From NCBI GenBank assembly GCA_964537615.1, contig CAZIBX010000001.1, forward strand, positions 1,929 through 65,928: a stretch of DNA of 64,000 nt. The letters are read 5' to 3'. Shown here one piece after another: positions 1 to 8,134 of the stretch; positions within the stretch are counted from its first letter, which is position 1; the number at the start of each line of letters is the position of its first letter. The position numbers and the translations under genes were made by a program. Origin of the DNA: an uncultured Pseudomonadales bacterium (GTDB lineage Bacteria > Patescibacteriota > Microgenomatia > UBA1400 > PJMF01). The notes below the pieces were generated by a model. It made no database searches. It saw only the letters and a list, made by a program, of their open reading frames with translations, and was not told the DNA's origin.

Positions 1-1477
1 TGACCGGCACAATCCGGCCGGCATCTGCCCCACTTGGATTACGACGCACAATCCAGGCATTGATAATATCGCTCATCTCTTCTTGTGATAACCAAGGGTG
101 AGACCGGCCACAACTGTTGCCACTGCTGAAGTAACCACTGCGATACCAAGCTTTATAAAACCAAGGACTGGCGGCTTTATTTTCCCAAGTCCGGCTAGCC
201 CAGTCTCCCCCGCCCTGTTTGTCAGTGGTATCCCAACCGCTGGTGGTGGTATACCCCCCGTGAGTAGAAGCATACTGGGTCGAGACCGGATTACCCGAGC
301 CGTCCACCAACACCCAGCCCCGAGTTTCGTTGACAGCTTTTTCCCAGTCACCACCTTTCTTTTGATTTTTGAAAACCTGACAGCTCTCGGTGGTACAAAT
401 AGACTTACTGCCGTTGCCAGTGTACTTGATGGCAAAAGTTCTGGCCGCGATAGCTTGAGCTTTCAAAGCATTGATGTGCCAACTACTGGGCATTTCATAA
501 ATCCCCTGCAGATACTGATCTTCAAAAGACATACTGCCGTAACCCTGAACCGAGATACTACCCATAGCCGGGTAGTCTTTTTTGAGTTGAGTGCCTGGGT
601 AATAACTAGACAAAATGTCTTCTACGCTCTGGCCGGCTTCAGCTCTGGCTTTGGCTCCGTACTGGCTCATACCCCGCCGGTGGGTGTAAGCCCCAAAAGA
701 AAAAACGGCAAACGAGTTGCTGGGAGCTTGGGACTTGTAACCGATAGAGGCGTTGAAATCATCAGATAGTGGCACTTCACCCACCGAGGTGATAAACGAG
801 CCAGACCTGGCAGCCAAAATAGCTTGTTGTTTGGCTGACAAGGCAGCTATTTTGCCACTTAATTCCTGTTGGTAGGACTTGGCTTTGGTGATCTCACCTT
901 TGAAAAATTCTGCCTGATCGTCCAGTTGAACCTGCAGAGCCGCCAAAGTTTTTTGCCTTTCCTCCAGTTTCTTCTTGTCATCCTCGAGACTAATAATTTT
1001 TTGTGAAGTTGACTGCAAAATCAGCTTGTCTTGAGATTGGACGCTGGCGTGATAAGTCAGTTGTTGGCGCAACCCTACAGAGCTGGCCAAAAACTGCCAC
1101 CAACTGGGGGTCTGGCTTTGGCGCAGCAGTTTGTACTCTTCTGCCATGCGCCGGCGCAACAACTTATACTGCACCGCCAGATCGACTTCCCGCTGGCTGA
1201 TGTCTTCCGCTAGTTTGGCGGCGTTGGCTTTGGCTTGGGCGATGCCTGTTTGAGCTGACTTAATCTTGGCTTCCAGGCCGGTGAGCTCTTTTTCCAGTGG
1301 TCTGGTGGCGTTTTCTGACAAAGTTTTGAGTTTGGCTAGTTCATTGATCTGGTTTTGCAGATCCTCCACTTCATCGGCCTGGGTTAAAGCAGGACCAGCC
1401 AACGACAAAACCGCCAAGACTGCTACAGTCAATGTCAGTTTGACTAGAAAACCTAACCCGTTTTTACGTTTCAGCAC
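1..1477 (-). CDS. Secreted coiled-coil + SpoIID/LytB-domain protein (3' end runs off the window)
   Basis: Not in the ORF track; translated by hand from GTG 1477: MLKRKNGLGFLVKLTLTVAVLAVLSLAGPALTQA (signal peptide), a long coiled coil, then THRRGMSQYGAKARAEAGQSVEDILSSYYPG and YLQGIYEMPSSWHINALKAQAIAARTFA, both SpoIID motifs. TATGCT lies 6 nt upstream. Confidence 0.85.
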   Translation of the reverse strand, partial: MLKRKNGLGFLVKLTLTVAVLAVLSLAGPALTQADEVEDLQNQINELAKLKTLSENATRPLEKELTGLEAKIKSAQTGIAQAKANAAKLAEDISQREVDLAVQYKLLRRRMAEEYKLLRQSQTPSWWQFLASSVGLRQQLTYHASVQSQDKLILQSTSQKIISLEDDKKKLEERQKTLAALQVQLDDQAEFFKGEITKAKSYQQELSGKIAALSAKQQAILAARSGSFITSVGEVPLSDDFNASIGYKSQAPSNSFAVFSFGAYTHRRGMSQYGAKARAEAGQSVEDILSSYYPGTQLKKDYPAMGSISVQGYGSMSFEDQYLQGIYEMPSSWHINALKAQAIAARTFAIKYTGNGSKSICTTESCQVFKNQKKGGDWEKAVNETRGWVLVDGSGNPVSTQYASTHGGYTTTSGWDTTDKQGGGDWASRTWENKAASPWFYKAWYRSGYFSSGNSCGRSHPWLSQEEMSDIINAWIVRRNPSGADAGRIVPV

Positions 1478-1566
1478 GCCTACAGCATACCAAATGAGTT
1501 CTCTGTTTGCCCGCTCTCATCCGCCTCTTCCCTACCACCTCACCCTTGAAGTACAATACAGTGGTA

Positions 1567-2838
1567 ATGAGACGGCTCCTGAATATCATCTGGGTTGTGG
1601 TGTTGTTTGTGGTTTTCTTGAGCAGTAGCCAAAAGGCGTCTGCTGCTACTTGTCCCGGTTTACATCAAGGTGTAGGAAATAACGTTTTGCTACCTATATA
1701 TACGCCGGGAGCGAGTCACACGGTGGTTATTGACACCTCGACGTTTAATAAGAACTACAATTACTACTTCAAAGTCAAAAATGGCAGTTTTTCTGATGAT
1801 GAAGCTCAAACACCATCTTTTAGAGTCGACGCTTCAAACAGTATCACAGATGGCTGTAACCAGATTACGGTTGATGCTACCAATAATAAAGTTACTTGGG
1901 TAATTTCTTGTCGGGAAGCACTACAAAATGCTGGTGACCGAGTTCAAGAAAAAGACCCTCATTATGTGATTGCTTATAGATGGGAGGCCGGGTCTAACCG
2001 GTTTTGTGACGTGGGTGCATACTACACTTCAGACAATGTGCTGAAAAACTCGACTTGTAAATTGGTTATCTGGCAAGGCGATGACTCACAACCAGGTATG
2101 GCTTGTTACGCCCCTGGATGTATCGAGAAAGACAAAGATGTCACTATCAGAGTAGACGAGTTAAAAATCAATAACCAACCATACAACGGCAATGTTTCAA
2201 TGGATTTAGCTGCAGGTGGAACCGACATTGTCCAAGATAGAGTTGTCGCCATCACCAATGGTATTGGAATGACTAAGTTTCCTCCGCGAAGCAAAACAAA
2301 ACATTCTGTGATTGTGAAGGTCAGAAATGCTGACGGTGGCCTTCGGATCGTTCCTGGTTGCAGAGCTAGTTTTAATGTTTCTGACTACTGTAGTCCCAAT
2401 CAGTGTAATAAAACCAGAACAGTTATGACTCCAGGAGACTTAAACGGGGCTCCGTTTAAAATCTGTGATCAAATCGACAGTGGTTTGCAGGACAGTCAGG
2501 GACGCAACATGAAAAATCTCTGTATCCAGTGTATCGGTGGTGATGAAGAAGGTCGGGAAGGTATGTGGACGGCGTTGGGCTGTATTCCTCGCCAACCAGA
2601 GCAAATCGTCAAACGTTTCTTGCTACTGGGACTGGGGATGGGAGGTGGGGTTGCTCTACTGATGATTCTGGTGGCTGGCTTCCAGATTTCTACCTCACAA
2701 GGTAATCCAGAACAGTTTAATAAAGCCAAAGAAATGCTAGTCGGAGCCATTACCGGTTTGCTGTTTATCATTTTTTCGGTGACGATTTTGCAGTTTATCG
2801 GTTACTCGATTTTGAAAATACCAGGATTTGGAGGGTAA
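1567..2838 (+). CDS. Pilin-array protein 1: large Cys-rich secreted domain + C-terminal VirB2/TrbC-like pilin domain
   Basis: Signal peptide ending ASA; many Cys; C-terminal TM-TSQGNPEQFNKAKEMLVGAITGL-TM. Start moved from 1507 to ATG 1567, 9 nt after TACAAT. Confidence 0.75.
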   Translation: MRRLLNIIWVVVLFVVFLSSSQKASAATCPGLHQGVGNNVLLPIYTPGASHTVVIDTSTFNKNYNYYFKVKNGSFSDDEAQTPSFRVDASNSITDGCNQITVDATNNKVTWVISCREALQNAGDRVQEKDPHYVIAYRWEAGSNRFCDVGAYYTSDNVLKNSTCKLVIWQGDDSQPGMACYAPGCIEKDKDVTIRVDELKINNQPYNGNVSMDLAAGGTDIVQDRVVAITNGIGMTKFPPRSKTKHSVIVKVRNADGGLRIVPGCRASFNVSDYCSPNQCNKTRTVMTPGDLNGAPFKICDQIDSGLQDSQGRNMKNLCIQCIGGDEEGREGMWTALGCIPRQPEQIVKRFLLLGLGMGGGVALLMILVAGFQISTSQGNPEQFNKAKEMLVGAITGLLFIIFSVTILQFIGYSILKIPGFGG

Positions 2839-2840
2839 AG

Positions 2841-3575
2841 ATGAAAAAACAACTGATGAGGATAGTCACGACTTTACTATTTGTTGGTTTGGTTGCGTTT
2901 TACCCCCATCCAGCTCAAGCCCAAACTTGTGGTTTTGCTACTAGAAACCGCTGTGACGTTTGTACTAATAACCAAAAGTGTGTCAGTGGCCTAGGTTGGC
3001 CAATTTATGATTGTAGAACTGTAGCCGGTCAGTGCGGCGCTCCCTGGCCCACCACCTGCAACCAAGGCAACTACTTGCGCTGTGACGTTTGTCCATCTGG
3101 CCAACAATGTCTCAAGAGTGGCTCCAACTATTACTGTGGCACCCCCACCACGGCTTGCGTTACCCCCGCTCCCACTTCACCACCTGGCACCACCCCCACC
3201 ACCCCACCCACCCCCACCATGTTTTCTCCCTACGATCCACCGACCAACGAAACTTTTGACATGGTCAACCCGCTCAAGATCGGTGGTGGCACTGATCTGG
3301 CGTCAGACCAACCATCTCAATTTGCCGGCCAACTTTCCTCTCCAGGAGGCATCGTTAGTCGAGTTCTGACTTATGCCTTTCCTCTGGCCGGCTTGATTCT
3401 TTTTGCCATGCTGACTTGGGGAGGATTTGAGATGATCATGGGCGCTGCTAGCAAAAAATCTCTTGACGCTGGTAAACAACGCGCTACCGCTGCGGTTGTT
3501 GGGTTTTTGATCCTGTTTGTGTCATACTGGATATGGCAAATACTAGAAGTAGTTTTTGGCATCGTGGTGTTTTAA
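2841..3575 (+). CDS. Pilin-array protein 2: duplicated Cys-rich module + Pro/Thr linker + pilin domain
   Basis: Two RCDVC..Q.C....Y.C repeats; C-terminal WGGFEMIMGAASKKSLDAGKQRATAAVVG between two TM helices. Confidence 0.75.
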   Translation: MKKQLMRIVTTLLFVGLVAFYPHPAQAQTCGFATRNRCDVCTNNQKCVSGLGWPIYDCRTVAGQCGAPWPTTCNQGNYLRCDVCPSGQQCLKSGSNYYCGTPTTACVTPAPTSPPGTTPTTPPTPTMFSPYDPPTNETFDMVNPLKIGGGTDLASDQPSQFAGQLSSPGGIVSRVLTYAFPLAGLILFAMLTWGGFEMIMGAASKKSLDAGKQRATAAVVGFLILFVSYWIWQILEVVFGIVVF

Positions 3576-3580
3576 AAAAT

Positions 3581-4027
3581 ATGCAGAAAAAATACTTAAA
3601 AAATTGGTCACAAAAAATTTGGAAACTTTTCAGCTTGGCTGGCGGTCTGGTTATAACTGCTACTCAACTAACTTCAACTGTTTGGGCTCAACCCGCACCA
3701 CCTTGTGATCCCGGCTCCGGTGGTATTAACCTGGGTGACTGTCTGCGTTTAAGCGATGACTCTCTGGTTTCCAGTGTTTATAACAACCCAGCAGCTCTGG
3801 TTAACTTGCTGGCCCGCAATTTATTTGTGGTGGCCGGAGTGTTTTTGTTTGGCTTATTTTTACTGGCCGGACTGAAAATTATCGCGTCAGGCAAGGGCGG
3901 CAAACAAGGCCTGGACGAGGCCAAAACTATGCTGACCTCGGTGGCTATCGGTTTTGCTATCATGTTTGCTGCCTACTGGATCGTCCAGATCGTCAAAATC
4001 ATTACCGGAGCCAATATAGTTTTATAA
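3581..4027 (+). CDS. Pilin-array protein 3, VirB2/TrbC-like
   Basis: TM-ASGKGGKQGLDEAKTMLTSVAIG-TM; ATG 3581 avoids overlap with the previous gene. Confidence 0.75.
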   Translation: MQKKYLKNWSQKIWKLFSLAGGLVITATQLTSTVWAQPAPPCDPGSGGINLGDCLRLSDDSLVSSVYNNPAALVNLLARNLFVVAGVFLFGLFLLAGLKIIASGKGGKQGLDEAKTMLTSVAIGFAIMFAAYWIVQIVKIITGANIVL

Positions 4028-4038
4028 TCAGGATCACT

Positions 4039-4407
4039 ATGCCAGCAGATGATTTCATAAACATAGTCGGCAACATTCAGCCACCACCAGGGGTCGAACA
4101 ACAAATTGCTGATTCCGGCCTGGCACCCAATGAAGTAGCTCTGTTGTTTTTTGTTAATAAGATGTTAATTGCCGTGACTGTGGTGATGGGTATCTGGGTG
4201 TTATTTAATCTGGTCTTGGCTGGAGTCTCGTATATTACATCCTCCGGTGATGCCAAAGCTCATACTCAAGTCAAAGATCGGCTGATTATGAGTGTATTGG
4301 GCATTATATTGATCGTGGGGGCTTATACTTTGACTGCCGTAGTCAGTTATGTCATTTTTGGTGACCCCAACTACGCTCTTAACCCCACTATTACCGGACC
4401 CAACTGA
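4039..4407 (+). CDS. Pilin-array protein 4, VirB2/TrbC-like
   Basis: TM-YITSSGDAKAHTQVKDRLIMSVLG-TM. Confidence 0.75.
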   Translation: MPADDFINIVGNIQPPPGVEQQIADSGLAPNEVALLFFVNKMLIAVTVVMGIWVLFNLVLAGVSYITSSGDAKAHTQVKDRLIMSVLGIILIVGAYTLTAVVSYVIFGDPNYALNPTITGPN

Positions 4408-5021
4408 TGTCAAACCTGATCTCAATCACCACTCAAAAGATTAAACAGCTTTTTGCCAAAACACATGTTTGGACACTTCTGTTGATAGTTGGACTGATAC
4501 TGATTGCGCCGATTTCTGTCAGTGCCCAAAACTGCCCTTCCGGCTATCAATGTGAGGGGGGGTGTGAGTATATCGGTCACTGCGTTTCCAACCGAACCTG
4601 TATTTTGGTGCCACCCTTTTACATCCGGCCTGGTGCTAGAAACTGCGGATCTTTTATCATCGGCCGAGTTAATCCTCCTCAAGGAGTAGCCGATTACAAC
4701 ATGCAGACCGCCCTCCAACCAGGATCAGGCAATATCGGGATTTTGTTGTTTGTTTCCAATGTCGTTAAGTTAATTACGGCCGTGGGCGGAATTCTGATTC
4801 TGATCAACTTCGTGGTGGCGGGCATTACTTTGATCGCACAAGCTGGCAATACCCAAGCCATGACCGGCGTCAAAGATAAGTTGACTTATGGCCTGATTGG
4901 TTTGGTCATCATGGTGGCGGCCTACACGGCTATGGCTCTAGTGGGTCAAATTATCTTCGGCAATCCCTTGTTTATCATCAATCCAGATCTTAACGCCTTG
5001 GGTGCTTTATCTGGACCGTAG
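4407..5021 (+). CDS. Pilin-array protein 5 with small Cys-rich N-terminal domain
   Basis: Signal peptide, CPSGYQCEGGCEYIGHCVSNRTC, then TM-QAGNTQAMTGVKDKLTYGLIG-TM; TGATG coupling to the previous gene. Confidence 0.75.
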   Translation: MSNLISITTQKIKQLFAKTHVWTLLLIVGLILIAPISVSAQNCPSGYQCEGGCEYIGHCVSNRTCILVPPFYIRPGARNCGSFIIGRVNPPQGVADYNMQTALQPGSGNIGILLFVSNVVKLITAVGGILILINFVVAGITLIAQAGNTQAMTGVKDKLTYGLIGLVIMVAAYTAMALVGQIIFGNPLFIINPDLNALGALSGP

Positions 5022-5046
5022 TAAGCGTTATACTATCTACACAAAT

Positions 5047-5433
5047 ATGCCACTCTCTTCCAAACTCGCCCAGTTCGGCCAAGGCCTCCAACCACCCACC
5101 GACGCTTTCAGCACCGGCTCAACCAATGATCTGACTCAACCGGTCAATGCTTTTACCAATCTTGAGTACATGGTGTCCAACGTCATTGCTATCGTGACTG
5201 CTCTAGCTTCCCTGATGTTTATTTACTACTTTATCATGGCAGCTATCAGCTGGATTAACTCCGGTGGTGACTCTGGCAAGCTACAAACCGCCAGAAACCA
5301 GATGCTGAACGCAGTTCTGGGTTTGGTGCTACTGGTCGCCAGTTATGCCATCGTAGGTCTGATTGGTACTTTGTTTGGCCTTGACTTGCTCAATCCTGGT
5401 AAAGTGCTCAAAGGTTTAGTTCCCACACCATAA
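5047..5433 (+). CDS. Pilin-array protein 6, VirB2/TrbC-like
   Basis: TM-WINSGGDSGKLQTARNQMLNAVLG-TM. Confidence 0.8.
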   Translation: MPLSSKLAQFGQGLQPPTDAFSTGSTNDLTQPVNAFTNLEYMVSNVIAIVTALASLMFIYYFIMAAISWINSGGDSGKLQTARNQMLNAVLGLVLLVASYAIVGLIGTLFGLDLLNPGKVLKGLVPTP

Positions 5434-5438
5434 CCAAT

Positions 5439-5942
5439 ATGTTCAAACTTCACTTACTAAATCAAACTTTCAGAACCGGTGCGGTGTTTTTGACAGTGAT
5501 AATAACTATGGTGATAGCCACTTTACTGATGGGTGGTAGACCAGTCATGGCCCAGATCACCAACCCGGCCATCGGTGAGCTGGGTGGAAATGATAATTCT
5601 GGTCAGTACAGCCCTGATCCAGCGGCCGTCACTGCAGCCCAGTCAGGGGCGTCATTTTTGGCCCAGTTTGTCCGACTGTGGGGCAATGTAGTCACCATCG
5701 GAGTTATCTTGGTTTTAGTCATGTTCATCTGGGGAGCGATCGAGTGGATTACGGCCGGTGGAGATGCCGGCAAGATCGGCAAGGCCCGCGACCGGATGTT
5801 GCAGTCGGCCATCGGCTTACTGGTTCTAGTCAGTTTGTTTATCTTGATTGGTTTCTTGAGCGGAACTCTGTTTGGCGATACACTTGATATCCTCAAGCCC
5901 AAGTTTGTCACCCCCAATACCAACACCGGAGCCACACCATGA
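5439..5942 (+). CDS. Pilin-array protein 7, VirB2/TrbC-like
   Basis: TM-WITAGGDAGKIGKARDRMLQSAIG-TM. Confidence 0.8.
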   Translation: MFKLHLLNQTFRTGAVFLTVIITMVIATLLMGGRPVMAQITNPAIGELGGNDNSGQYSPDPAAVTAAQSGASFLAQFVRLWGNVVTIGVILVLVMFIWGAIEWITAGGDAGKIGKARDRMLQSAIGLLVLVSLFILIGFLSGTLFGDTLDILKPKFVTPNTNTGATP

Positions 5943-6457
5943 TTTTCAGCTCACTTGTCGCCCAACTACCAGACACCGTACCTTTTGATATCGGAGAGGC
6001 CGGAGCCACGATTATTCCCCATGCCGTAGGCAATAATACGCCGGATACTTACCAGGCAGCTTTTGGTAATTTCTTGGGCAGTATTTTGTCTTTTGTGATC
6101 GTTATTGCAGTCATCATGGTGTTTCTATATCTAGTCTGGGGAGCTATCGAGTGGATTACTTCTGCTGGTGACAAAGGCAAACTGGAAAAAGCCCGCAACC
6201 GGATGTTTCAAGCAGTGATTGGTATTATTGTGTTATCCGGCACTTTGGCTTTTCTGATGATTATCCAACAGTTTTTGGGTATTTGTGTGTTAAGTATCAG
6301 TGGTAAGTGTACCGGGACTTCCAGCGCACCAACTGAACTCTATAGATGCTTGCCCATCAACCAGTGCGGGCCACCTACCAACTCTGGAGTGAGTGTCGGT
6401 AACTGTTCTCCTCACCGGGTGGGCTATGTCAACTGTCGATTCCGGGCTACACCTTAG
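5939..6457 (+). CDS. Pilin-array protein 8 with Cys-rich C-terminal extension
   Basis: TM-WITSAGDKGKLEKARNRMFQAVIG-TM, then six Cys in the tail; ATGA overlap. Confidence 0.8.
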   Translation: MIFSSLVAQLPDTVPFDIGEAGATIIPHAVGNNTPDTYQAAFGNFLGSILSFVIVIAVIMVFLYLVWGAIEWITSAGDKGKLEKARNRMFQAVIGIIVLSGTLAFLMIIQQFLGICVLSISGKCTGTSSAPTELYRCLPINQCGPPTNSGVSVGNCSPHRVGYVNCRFRATP

Positions 6458-6483
6458 TCACTACGCCTTGATCAGACAGCAAC

Positions 6484-6513
6484 TTGACACTCGAGAATAA
6501 AGCACTGTACAAT
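6484..6513 (+). promoter_or_regulatory. Sigma70-type promoter for pilin 9
   Basis: TTGACA (6484-6489), 18 nt, TACAAT (6508-6513); GGGAG ribosome-binding site before ATG 6560. Confidence 0.7.
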
Positions 6514-6559
6514 ATAAAAGTACTTTGTAGCAATCATTAATAATAAAAAAGGGAGCTGT

Positions 6560-6976
6560 ATGAAACAGTCGCTAAAAACAATCACCGCCTTGGGTGGTGT
6601 GATGGTGGGTACTCTGCTAGCCAGCGTGCCACAAACGATGGCCGCCATTGACGTAGGCACCATCGAAGGTACCAAGGGTATGGCCAATAACTTTGGTAGC
6701 TTTCTTTCCAGCTTGCTGACCATCGTCATGGCTATCGCCGCTCTGGCTGTTTTCATTTACTTGATCTGGGGTGGTATCGAGTGGATTACCAGCGGTGGTG
6801 ACAAAGGCAAAACCGAGACTGCCAGAAACAAGATCACAGCCGCAGTCATCGGTTTGATCGTCTTGGCTGCAGCTTATGCCATCTTGTCCATCGTGCTGCG
6901 ATTCCTGGGCTTCTCCAGCATTACCAACGTGTTTGAGAACGTCAAGGTGATCACGCCAGGTGGCAGTGGCATTTAA
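6560..6976 (+). CDS. Pilin-array protein 9, probable major VirB2/TrbC-like pilin
   Basis: Signal peptide and minimal pilin core WITSGGDKGKTETARNKITAAVIG; own promoter, RBS and terminator. Confidence 0.82.
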   Translation: MKQSLKTITALGGVMVGTLLASVPQTMAAIDVGTIEGTKGMANNFGSFLSSLLTIVMAIAALAVFIYLIWGGIEWITSGGDKGKTETARNKITAAVIGLIVLAAAYAILSIVLRFLGFSSITNVFENVKVITPGGSGI

Positions 6977-6999
6977 TTAAACTTTAAGATCAAAAGTTT

Positions 7000-7030
7000 A
7001 ACACCCTCCCAAAGTTTGGGAGGGTGTTTT
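7000..7030 (+). terminator. Intrinsic terminator after pilin 9
   Basis: AACACCCTCCCAA-AGT-TTGGGAGGGTGTT perfect stem ending in a T run. Confidence 0.75.
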
Positions 7031-7057
7031 GGTAATTCTGATATAATAAGTGGTCAT

Positions 7058-7606
7058 ATGTCCATCAAGCACTTCGTACTCACTCTTGTTCTCGTTTTTG
7101 GTATCAGTTATGGCGTAGTTGGCTCCACTCCAGCCATGGCCGCCGGTACAACTGGCACAGATACCAACGCCGGTCAAGTTCAAACTCAAAACACTGACGG
7201 CTCACTCAACTTGACCACCAGCGTCAACACCGCTACGGCTTCCACTACCCCCAATCCTGATCTAGAGTACTTACCGCCTGGTTTTGCCAAATCTTTTCCT
7301 GATCTTTTGGCCAGTATTTTGACCTTGCTGGTAGCAATTGTAGCTATCTTGGTTTTTGCTTACCTGATTTGGGGTGGACTCAACTGGATTACCAGCGGAG
7401 GCGATAAGGGCAAAACTGAGACCGCCCGCAATAAAATCATGGCTGCCTTGATCGGGCTGATCATCATCGCTTCGTCATACGCCGTGCTTCAGATCGTGTT
7501 GCGGTTTTTGGGCTACAGCTCATTGATCGATGCTTTTAATAAAATCAAACCCATATCTGAACCGGGTCGTAACTTGCGGGTTGAACTGACTGTAGAGAAA
7601 GCATAG
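7058..7606 (+). CDS. Pilin-array protein 10, close paralogue of protein 9 with Thr-rich N-terminal insert
   Basis: WITSGGDKGKTETARNKI identical to protein 9; TGnTATAAT 10 nt before ATG 7058. Confidence 0.8.
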   Translation: MSIKHFVLTLVLVFGISYGVVGSTPAMAAGTTGTDTNAGQVQTQNTDGSLNLTTSVNTATASTTPNPDLEYLPPGFAKSFPDLLASILTLLVAIVAILVFAYLIWGGLNWITSGGDKGKTETARNKIMAALIGLIIIASSYAVLQIVLRFLGYSSLIDAFNKIKPISEPGRNLRVELTVEKA

Positions 7607-7615
7607 GATAAAGCC

Positions 7616-8035
7616 ATGTGGCGATTACGCAAGTGGTTAAAACACATCGGTTTAATTTTATCTGTCATAGCATTGTCGATTCCGGGCCGAGTTCTGGCTC
7701 AAACTGTGGAGTGGAACGGAGTTTGTGTCGGAGGAGCTGATCAAGATGTGGCAACCATCCAAGGGCTGGAGTGCTTGATCGCCAATGTTTTTACGGTTTT
7801 TATTACTTTGTTGGGGTTGCTGGGTTTTGTCATGTTCATCATCGCCGGATTCAAGTGGATGACATCTGGTGGTAACAGTAAAGGTATGGAGTCAGCCAGA
7901 GGCGCTATGACTTATGCCGTGCTGGGTCTGGTGATCAGTTTAAGTGCTTTTATCATCATCAACTTAATCGCCGAGTTTACCGGAGTTAATATCATCCGGA
8001 CATTTTCTATTCCCACATCTGATTTGGGTATGTAG
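7616..8035 (+). CDS. Pilin-array protein 11, VirB2/TrbC-like
   Basis: Signal peptide, CV...DVATIQGLEC, TM-WMTSGGNSKGMESARGAMTYAVLG-TM. Confidence 0.8.
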   Translation: MWRLRKWLKHIGLILSVIALSIPGRVLAQTVEWNGVCVGGADQDVATIQGLECLIANVFTVFITLLGLLGFVMFIIAGFKWMTSGGNSKGMESARGAMTYAVLGLVISLSAFIIINLIAEFTGVNIIRTFSIPTSDLGM

Positions 8036-8134
8036 TTGACTGCGCTCAATTGATCAAAACCAATGGTCAATAAAGATAGACGGCTTTATTTCATAAATCT
8101 ATTATTTTATCTGACAGGTATAATGTGATCAGTT

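Noticed and set aside
73-1628. Short track ORFs 73-435, 98-769, 1003-1200, 1031-1213, 1266-1628
   Set aside because: Shadows of the minus-strand SpoIID-domain gene, which carries clear motifs.
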